Assembly (NCBI RefSeq): GCF_000195955.2
Contig: NC_000962.3
Span: 4,379,533-4,411,532 of the forward strand
Origin: Mycobacterium tuberculosis H37Rv
GTDB lineage: Bacteria; Actinomycetota; Actinomycetes; Mycobacteriales; Mycobacteriaceae
Reading direction: 5' to 3'
DNA: 32,000 bases
The translations under genes and the position numbers were made by a program. Positions 7,833-14,663 of this stretch are shown piece after piece. Each line of letters starts with the position of its first letter. The first letter of the stretch is position 1. The notes below the pieces were generated by a model, which saw only the letters and a program-made list of their open reading frames with translations, was not told where the DNA came from and did not search any database.

Positions 7833-8363
7833 CTAACCCTTATAGTCCTTCCAAAGGGTGAATAAGGGCTTACCTTCGCTATCCAGGAAAGAATCCTTTA
7901 TCACGTTGACAGATACGTCTAGGTAATGTGACAATTCAACCAGTCGATCAGCCGCGGTAATTGCAACAACCGTTCCACTGGAATCGATAAGGGTATCCCG
8001 TTGCCGACCGGCAAACGTCATCGTCCCGATGCTATATTCCGGCATCAGCTCTTCGGGCTGAAAAGGTGCCCGGATCGCCGGCAGTTCACGCTCGCTTCGG
8101 ACGGAGCCTCCGAAATACCCGTAAAGATATTTTTCGATCACGGACATTGATGCAGCGGCGAATTCATAGCCTTCCCGGCTCATGCGATCGGATGACGTAA
8201 TAACATACCATCCGGCGAGCCGGTCGATAAAGTAGCGGACTTCACCGCCCTTGTTCCAAAGGATAGTCCGGCCGTCATTCGTTTCCGACCCTTGGATCAT
8301 GTTCATGCCAGATAAGCGGATCCAGTCCTGCAAATCCGTTGACAGGTCCACACCTATTGTCAC
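7833..8363 (-). CDS. ift: Immunity factor for the TNT toxin, IFT (Rv3902c), 176 aa
   Basis: ORF track 7833..8462. I chose GTG 8363-8361, which overlaps the cpnT stop TGA 8362-8360 (GTGA coupling). It lies immediately downstream of the NAD-glycohydrolase toxin domain and is conspicuously low in GC (42-52% in hand-counted 60-nt windows). Confidence 0.85.
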   Translation of the reverse strand: MTIGVDLSTDLQDWIRLSGMNMIQGSETNDGRTILWNKGGEVRYFIDRLAGWYVITSSDRMSREGYEFAAASMSVIEKYLYGYFGGSVRSERELPAIRAPFQPEELMPEYSIGTMTFAGRQRDTLIDSSGTVVAITAADRLVELSHYLDVSVNVIKDSFLDSEGKPLFTLWKDYKG

Positions 8364-10900
8364 TGTCGCAACACCCCGCGCCTTATTAACTCTTCCACTT
8401 TGCGCATCTCGTTCTGATGATCGAATATCCGCACTTGGATGGATCCGCCCGGCTGGCCGCACCCCGGCGCGACCTCAGATACTTCGATGAACCATCCCTC
8501 AGGCAACCAATCAATGGTATACGCGTGGTAGGGGTCGCGTAACGACGTCACGTGCAGGGCACGTTGTTCCCATGATGCCGGGCGCCCATGTTCCATGATC
8601 GCCAGGTACTTGCCCTGATCGCCGCCTATACGATCTAGCTGGGGGCCGTAGTCACTAAGAAATTTTTCGAGATTAGTGTAGGCGATCCTTGTCCCTGGAA
8701 CCGCACCATTGTTAGGCGGAAAATTAGAGTACTGCTGGCCCCATGGGCCTACACTATTAAATCGCTCTTGATACCGTTCTTGGGTATAGGGCTGTCCCTG
8801 AGGATCGCGGCCGAATGGGGCGTTGGGGTCCTCCATGAGCTGGGCCACAACCGGGTTTATCCGACTGCGATCGGCCGGATTGTCTGTAAAGTCCCAGTGG
8901 CGCGATAATGGCTCGCCATACTGCGGGTCAACCGCTTCGTCGGATAACCGATGCCAACCCTCTCCAGCTGGTTCGTTCGAATGCATTGCAAGCTGCTGCT
9001 CGCGATGCGGCGCATGCAGCCCAGGTGGCTCGCTACCGCTACCGTGGCCTGACCCGTGAGACGCACCGTCGTGGGTCGGCTCGGATCCGTGTGCGCTCAG
9101 TGATCGGCCGTGAGGCCCCGATTCGGTTGAGTGAACGCCTCCGGGCGTGGAATGCGGCGCCGCCGCGGGTGCTGCTGGTGTGGTCGCCCACTGGGGTTGG
9201 TGCGCGGTAGCGGGCGCTGACTCGACAGGAGGTCCGCCAAGCAACGTCGTCGCCGGTGGTGCTTGCGCCGGGACATGTTCACCCGGTTGCGGCAGGCCAT
9301 GCGGCACATGTGTGCCGGGCGTGGTGGCTGCGGATACCCGGGGCTGGCCTGCCGACGCCGACGACGGCGCCACCGGTTCAGCCGGTCTGTCGACGGGCGG
9401 CGGTTTGGATTCGGTGGGGCTGTGCGGCAGTGGACCGTTGGCGGGCACGGGCGCCGGTTTCGCCGCGGGCGCGGGTGCCGGGTGGCCCGATTCTGGTGGT
9501 TCGATCCGTGGTGGTTGCGGTCCTGGCCGCGGCGGCGTTGCTGGGGGCTCAAGGTGCGGTGTCGTCGGCTCAAGCCGCTCCTTGAGGCCTCGCACGCCCG
9601 CGAGAATGTCGCGGCCCTTGCTGCCAAGTTTCGACAGCGGCCCGCCCGGCAAAGCTAGCGTCGCGGCGTCGAATACGGTCTTGCCTAGCGCCTCATTAGG
9701 GTTGGTCGTCCACTCATCCCAATGGATGAGGCTTTTGCCGAACTGCTTCCACGACTCCACAACGCCGGGAGCGTTCTCGCCGCCCAGGCCCGCCAGCGGC
9801 GCCATCCCAGTCAGCATCTCCTCCCAGGAGCGATACCACCCGAACGGGTCTATCGAGGCGCGCAGTGGCCCTAGGTCCCAGGAGTCCTTGGCCATCCCGA
9901 AGGCCTCCTCGCCGAAGCCTTTGAGCTGCTGCCCGGTGCCATCGATGACCACACCCACCGGGTTGCTGTGCAAGAACCGATCCCATTGTTTGCCTGCGTG
10001 GTCTGCCATCGCGGTGATCACCGCCTCGGCGTGCGACACCACCGCGGTGATCTCCGCAGCCAACGCGTCCACTTCCCCGCTGAACTGGTCGACCACCACC
10101 GCGATGTCATGGGCGATGCGCTGGATCTCGTCTTCGTCCTGGTCGGTCAGAAACTCCCACACCTCTTTGATCCCGGTCAGCGGATCGCAGATGCGGGCCA
10201 ACAAATCCAGGACCGCCGCATGCACCGCGTCGATGCGGGCGGCATAGGCGTCTAGCTGGGCCGCCAGCTGGTGGCATTGGCCCACGACAGCGGTGGTGCT
10301 GGCGTACGCGTCAGCAAACGCCGACTCGATCAGCCCCGCCTCCGGGAGCTGCTGGGCGCGAATAACGCCCATCGGCCCCGCCGTCGACTGAATCTCAGTC
10401 AGCGCGAACTGCGTGCCCGCGCTGCGCCACGCCACAGCCGCCGCACGTAGCTTTGTCGAATCCCCGTTCGGCCAGATCATCCCGATATACGGGGCCACCC
10501 ACCCCCAGCCCTTCGGGGCGCCACCGCCGCCACCGACCGCCGACGGCGGCGCACCCACGCCGACACAGCCGCTCGGCGGCGGCGCCGGCAACGGCGCCGC
10601 CCGCCCAGCGACATCCGACATCGCCTCGGCCAACGAGTAGTTGTGCGCGCTCATGCGCACCCCATCGCCGAGGTTGCACAATCCGTTGCGCGCCACCGAC
10701 ATCGCCTGCACCAGCGCGGCCGCCGAACCGTCATAGGAGCGCCCGAACACCGCCCCAGCCGGATCATCACCGGCCATCCCCGCACACCCGGCCAGCGCCG
10801 CGGTCAGCGACGAGATCACCGCACCCAAACCCGCACCCGCAGCCACCACCGCGCCGCCCGCGCTATCAAGGGCCGCGGGATCGACCGCCAACGGCGCCAT
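8360..10900 (-). CDS. cpnT: CpnT outer-membrane channel / tuberculosis necrotizing toxin precursor (Rv3903c), 846 aa
   Basis: ORF track 846 aa. It has an Ala/Gly-rich helical N-terminal domain with a YxxxE motif (NYSLAEA), a ~200-aa Pro-rich linker, and a C-terminal ~195-aa TNT NAD+-glycohydrolase domain. The Gln in GGSIQVRIF counts as residue 822, which I recall as the catalytic Q822. Confidence 0.95.
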   Translation of the reverse strand: MAPLAVDPAALDSAGGAVVAAGAGLGAVISSLTAALAGCAGMAGDDPAGAVFGRSYDGSAAALVQAMSVARNGLCNLGDGVRMSAHNYSLAEAMSDVAGRAAPLPAPPPSGCVGVGAPPSAVGGGGGAPKGWGWVAPYIGMIWPNGDSTKLRAAAVAWRSAGTQFALTEIQSTAGPMGVIRAQQLPEAGLIESAFADAYASTTAVVGQCHQLAAQLDAYAARIDAVHAAVLDLLARICDPLTGIKEVWEFLTDQDEDEIQRIAHDIAVVVDQFSGEVDALAAEITAVVSHAEAVITAMADHAGKQWDRFLHSNPVGVVIDGTGQQLKGFGEEAFGMAKDSWDLGPLRASIDPFGWYRSWEEMLTGMAPLAGLGGENAPGVVESWKQFGKSLIHWDEWTTNPNEALGKTVFDAATLALPGGPLSKLGSKGRDILAGVRGLKERLEPTTPHLEPPATPPRPGPQPPRIEPPESGHPAPAPAAKPAPVPANGPLPHSPTESKPPPVDRPAEPVAPSSASAGQPRVSAATTPGTHVPHGLPQPGEHVPAQAPPATTLLGGPPVESAPATAHQPQWATTPAAPAAAPHSTPGGVHSTESGPHGRSLSAHGSEPTHDGASHGSGHGSGSEPPGLHAPHREQQLAMHSNEPAGEGWHRLSDEAVDPQYGEPLSRHWDFTDNPADRSRINPVVAQLMEDPNAPFGRDPQGQPYTQERYQERFNSVGPWGQQYSNFPPNNGAVPGTRIAYTNLEKFLSDYGPQLDRIGGDQGKYLAIMEHGRPASWEQRALHVTSLRDPYHAYTIDWLPEGWFIEVSEVAPGCGQPGGSIQVRIFDHQNEMRKVEELIRRGVLRQ

Positions 10901-10904
10901 CAGC

Positions 10905-11177
10905 TCACGACCACATACCCAAATTCGTGGCCATCGCGCCGGTGTAGTTGGCGTGCGCGCTCTGCCCCGCGGCCGTGAGCTGGGCCAACGCCTGGCGCAT
11001 CATCGCCTCACCGGCAGCCCAATGTCGTTGCGCCTCAGCATGAGCCGCCGCGCCCTCCCCCGTCCACGTCACATGCAGCCGGGTAACCAAGGACTCAATC
11101 TCGGCGACCAGCTCCTCGACGTGGCGACCGAATTCGGCCATCCGCGCCACCGCATCAGCCAACACGGTCGGATCCAC
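10905..11177 (-). CDS. esxE: WXG100-family protein EsxE (Rv3904c), 90 aa
   Basis: ORF track 10905..11252. I chose GTG 11177 (VDPTVLADAVARMAEF...). It carries a WXG motif (TWTGEG) in a helix-turn-helix-sized protein, and its stop lies 4 nt before the cpnT ATG. Confidence 0.85.
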   Translation of the reverse strand: MDPTVLADAVARMAEFGRHVEELVAEIESLVTRLHVTWTGEGAAAHAEAQRHWAAGEAMMRQALAQLTAAGQSAHANYTGAMATNLGMWS

Positions 11178-11187
11178 CCGAAACGGC

Positions 11188-11499
11188 TCAGCCACCGCCC
11201 ACCTCACGAAGCACCTGCGCCGACGCGGTCTCGTTGTGTTGATAACCCGCACCGGCGTGAGCTATCGCCGCCGCCAGCATCGACAATCCCAGCTGCACCT
11301 CACCGGCCCCGCGATGCCATAGCTCCCACGCCGAGCCATACGCACTGCCCGACGCCCCGCGCCACCCGCCCAACATCTGCCCGACCTGAGCGTCCAGCTC
11401 GGCCAGTTGAACCGCGAGATGCTCGGCCGCTCCATCCAACGACGCGGCGAAACCCTGCATCACCGCAGGCTCTACGCGCAGCGTGTCGTCGGCACCCAT
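11188..11499 (-). CDS. esxF: WXG100-family protein EsxF (Rv3905c), 103 aa
   Basis: ORF track 103 aa. It carries a WXG motif (GWRGAS) and a C-terminal YxxxE (YQHNE). It lies 10 nt upstream of esxE, forming a paired esx gene arrangement. Confidence 0.85.
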   Translation of the reverse strand: MGADDTLRVEPAVMQGFAASLDGAAEHLAVQLAELDAQVGQMLGGWRGASGSAYGSAWELWHRGAGEVQLGLSMLAAAIAHAGAGYQHNETASAQVLREVGGG

Positions 11500-11505
11500 G
11501 GCCGC

Positions 11506-11511
11506 AACCTA
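11506..11511 (-). promoter_or_regulatory. Possible housekeeping-type -10 hexamer (TAGGTT) positioned for a leaderless esxF transcript
   Basis: The minus strand reads TAGGTT-GCGGCC-ATG(esxF). The TANNNT hexamer ends 6 nt before the A of the start codon, the geometry typical of mycobacterial leaderless mRNAs. Confidence 0.25.
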
Positions 11512-11564
11512 ACAATGCCCAGGCACCGCCACAATTCAGCCGCCCGGGCGCACCCGCCGCAGCC

Positions 11565-12074
11565 CTAAAGGCTGCTGGCGCCGTCGGCGGTGCCGTCGCC
11601 GTCGGTGTCGGTCAGCCGTACGTCCCAGCGGCCGTCGCCATCGGTGTCGACGTATCCGGTCACACGCTGCTCACCAGCACACAGCACCCGATCGGCCAGC
11701 CCGTCACCGTCGGTATCGAGTAGCCGGTCGTCTAAACCACCGAACCCGTCGAAGTCAACCAGTGGACCACCGGTGTGCTCGACGCCGTCGAGCCCATACC
11801 AGCGCAGTTGTCCGCCGCGGTCGACGGCGACCGCCCAGGTCCCCGATCCGTCGTCGATGAAGTAGCTTTCCGGGGTGCCGTCGTTGTCGACGTCGAATAC
11901 GGCGTGGTCGGCAACGTCGTCGCCGTCGAAGTCGGCCAGCGCGTCATCGCGCAGACCGTCGCCGTCGAGATCCAGGCCAATCGCGTCCAGCCGGCCGTCA
12001 CCGTCGAGGTCGACGTCGAACGGGCGGTTCCAGATCCCGGCGCTGCCGTCGTCGCCGGCTATGCAGTACTCCAC
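11565..12074 (-). CDS. Asp/Gly-rich protein with repeated DxDxDG (FG-GAP / calcium-loop-like) motifs (Rv3906c), 169 aa
   Basis: ORF track 169 aa with a GTG start at 12074. It contains seven DxDGDG-type motifs (DLDGDG x2, DFDGDD, DVDNDG, DTDGDG x3). There is no N-terminal hydrophobic signal. Confidence 0.7.
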   Translation of the reverse strand: MEYCIAGDDGSAGIWNRPFDVDLDGDGRLDAIGLDLDGDGLRDDALADFDGDDVADHAVFDVDNDGTPESYFIDDGSGTWAVAVDRGGQLRWYGLDGVEHTGGPLVDFDGFGGLDDRLLDTDGDGLADRVLCAGEQRVTGYVDTDGDGRWDVRLTDTDGDGTADGASSL

Positions 12075-12083
12075 AACCGTTCT

Positions 12084-12109
12084 GACGCGACTCCCAAGCT
12101 AGCGGTTCC
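12084..12109 (-). promoter_or_regulatory. ECF-type promoter candidate for Rv3906c (and possibly the esxF-esxE-cpnT-ift operon)
   Basis: The minus strand reads GGGGAACC-GCTAGCTTGGGAGTCG-CGTC-AGAACGGTT-GTG. That is a -35 GGAAC (12109-12105), 17 nt, then CGTC (12087-12084), 9 nt before the Rv3906c GTG. The -35 overlaps the last pcnA codons. Confidence 0.4.
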
Positions 12110-13541
12110 CCCGTGATTTCCACCAGGACAGCAGCTCGGTTGTCGCCTCCTCGGTGGACAACGGGCCGCGCTCTAGCCGCAGCTCCTTCAAGTAGCGCCA
12201 CGCCTCGCCGACTTGCGGGCCCGCCGGAATGTCGAGCACCGCCATGATCTGGTTGCCGTCCAGGTCGGGGCGCACCCGATCCAGATCCTCCTGGGCGGCC
12301 AGCTCCGCGATCCGCTCTTCCAGCCGGTCGTAACTGGCCTGCAACCGCGCGGCCCGGCGCTTGTTGCGGGTCGTGCAGTCGGCGCGCACCAGCTTGTGCA
12401 GCCGTGGCAGTAGGGCCCCGGCGTCGGTGACATAGCGGCGCACCGCAGAGTCGGTCCATTTCCCATCGCCGTAGCCGTGAAACCGCAGATGCAGGTAGAC
12501 CAGCTGCGAGATGTCGTCGATCATCTGCTTGGAATACTTCAGCGCCCGCATCCGCTTGCGCACCATCTTGGCGCCGACCACTTCGTGGTGATGGAAGCTC
12601 ACCCCACCGTCGGGTTCGTGACGGCGGGTGGCGGGCTTGCCGATGTCGTGCAGCAGCGCCGCCCAGCGCAACACCAGATCCGGGCCGTCGTCCTCCAGCG
12701 CGATCGCCTGCCGCAGCACGGTCAAGGAATGCTGATAGACGTCCTTGTGCTGGTGATGTTCGTCGATCGCCATCCGCATCCCACCGATTTCAGGCAAGAC
12801 CACAGCACCCATACCGCTCTGCACCATCAGGTCGATACCCGCGGCCGGATCCTCACCGACCAGCAGCTTGTCCAGCTCGGCGGCCACCCGTTCGGCGCTG
12901 ATTCGGGCCAACTGCGGCGCCATCTCTTCGATCGCCGCGCGCACCCGCGGCGCCACCGCGAATCCAAGTTGCGAGACGAACCGCGCGGCGCGCAGCATCC
13001 GCAACGGATCGTCGCCAAAGGACCCCGACGGCGCCGCCGGGGTGTCTAACACCTTGGCCCGCAGCGCCGCCAAGCCACCAAGCGGATCCAGGAATTCGCC
13101 CGGCCCAGTGGCGGTGACGCGCACAGCCATTGCGTTCGTGGTGAAGTCGCGGCGGACCAGATCGCCCTCGAGGCAATCGCCGAAACGTACCTCTGGATGA
13201 CGCGAAACCCGGTCGTAGCTGTCGGCACGGAATGTGGTGATCTCCATGCGGTGGTCGCTCTTACCCACGCCGACGGTGCCGAATTCGATTCCGGTATCCC
13301 ACACCGCATCGGCCCACGGCCGCACGATCTCCTGCACCCGCTCGGGACGGGCGTCGGTGGTGAAGTCCAGGTCGGGGCTCAACCGGCCCAACAGTGCATC
13401 TCGCACCGAACCGCCGACCAGATACAACTCGTGTCCCGCGGCGGCGAACACCGACCCGAGTTCCCGCAATAAGGCAGCATGCCTGTTCAAGGCAACCGCA
13501 GCGGCGGTTAGCAGATCGGCTTCCTGGACGGCTTCCGGCAC
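12099..13541 (-). CDS. pcnA: tRNA nucleotidyltransferase (CCA-adding) / poly(A) polymerase family enzyme PcnA (Rv3907c), 480 aa
   Basis: ORF track 480 aa. It has the class II nucleotidyltransferase motif GGSVRDALLG...DLDF and the HD-domain motif LLHDIGKP. Confidence 0.9.
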   Translation of the reverse strand: MPEAVQEADLLTAAAVALNRHAALLRELGSVFAAAGHELYLVGGSVRDALLGRLSPDLDFTTDARPERVQEIVRPWADAVWDTGIEFGTVGVGKSDHRMEITTFRADSYDRVSRHPEVRFGDCLEGDLVRRDFTTNAMAVRVTATGPGEFLDPLGGLAALRAKVLDTPAAPSGSFGDDPLRMLRAARFVSQLGFAVAPRVRAAIEEMAPQLARISAERVAAELDKLLVGEDPAAGIDLMVQSGMGAVVLPEIGGMRMAIDEHHQHKDVYQHSLTVLRQAIALEDDGPDLVLRWAALLHDIGKPATRRHEPDGGVSFHHHEVVGAKMVRKRMRALKYSKQMIDDISQLVYLHLRFHGYGDGKWTDSAVRRYVTDAGALLPRLHKLVRADCTTRNKRRAARLQASYDRLEERIAELAAQEDLDRVRPDLDGNQIMAVLDIPAGPQVGEAWRYLKELRLERGPLSTEEATTELLSWWKSRGNR

Positions 13542-13916
13542 GTTCGATCAGCCTAATGGCAGTCGAAGTGGGCCGGGACGGTCGGTGGAGGAACCGGCAA
13601 CCCTCGTTGCCGCACCCGTCGCATTGGCCGGTGTCGGGACGAGGTATCGTCGTGCCCATCTCCGCGCGACAAACAGCCGGCGACAATATTAAGAATCCTT
13701 GGGTGCGGTCGCGTCTTGTCGCTCGAAGGTGGGCAAATCGTGCGCCCCCGACACAGCGACTTCTGTGATAGATGTGACTGGCGCGACTCAATTGGTCAGC
13801 GCGGGTCGCCTGCACCGCCCCGCTCCCTCGCCCAACGAATAAGTCCTGGCCGACGATGGGCGCTCAGACGGCGAGTACATCGGGAACACCCGCCCGTACC
13901 AGCTACTATCGCTGGG

Positions 13917-14663
13917 GTGTCCGACGGCGAACAAGCCAAATCACGTCGACGCCGGGGGCGGCGCCGCGGGCGGCGCGCTGCGGCTACAGCCGAGAATCAC
14001 ATGGACGCCCAACCGGCCGGCGACGCCACCCCGACCCCGGCAACGGCGAAGCGGTCCCGGTCCCGCTCACCTCGTCGCGGGTCGACTCGGATGCGCACCG
14101 TGCACGAAACATCGGCTGGAGGGTTGGTCATTGACGGTATCGACGGTCCACGAGACGCGCAGGTCGCGGCTCTGATCGGCCGCGTCGACCGGCGCGGCCG
14201 GCTGCTGTGGTCGCTACCCAAGGGGCACATCGAGTTGGGCGAGACCGCCGAGCAGACCGCCATCCGCGAGGTCGCCGAGGAGACCGGCATCCGCGGCAGT
14301 GTGCTCGCCGCGCTGGGGCGCATCGACTACTGGTTCGTCACCGACGGCCGGCGGGTGCACAAGACCGTCCACCATTATTTGATGCGGTTTTTAGGCGGAG
14401 AGCTGTCCGACGAAGACCTCGAGGTAGCCGAGGTAGCCTGGGTGCCGATCCGGGAACTGCCGTCTCGACTGGCCTACGCCGACGAACGTCGACTAGCCGA
14501 GGTGGCCGACGAACTGATCGACAAGCTGCAGAGCGACGGCCCCGCCGCGCTTCCGCCGCTACCACCCAGCTCGCCTCGTCGACGGCCGCAAACGCATTCA
14601 CGCGCTCGTCATGCCGATGACTCAGCACCGGGTCAGCACAACGGTCCCGGGCCGGGGCCGTGA
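13917..14663 (+). CDS. mutT4: Nudix hydrolase MutT4 (Rv3908), 248 aa
   Basis: ORF track 13716..14663. It has a Nudix box [24 protein letters not shown] chose GTG 13917 ([14 protein letters not shown]...) from recollection of a 248-aa product. A later start ([11 protein letters not shown]) would remove the Arg-rich extension. Confidence 0.75.

Noticed and set aside
9097-10247. ORFs of 366, 176, 131 and 109 aa overlapping the cpnT linker region on both strands
   Set aside because: These are shadow ORFs created by the Pro/Ala-rich linker (stop-poor in all frames). The translations are Arg/Gly/Cys-rich nonsense, and there is no independent start context.
13590-13620. GGAAC ... CGTC, and a 7-bp-stem hairpin CGGCAAC-CCTC-GTTGCCG, in the pcnA-mutT4 divergent region
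   Set aside because: The spacing between GGAAC and CGTC is 22 nt, too long for an ECF promoter. Hairpins of this size are expected dozens of times by chance in the window.
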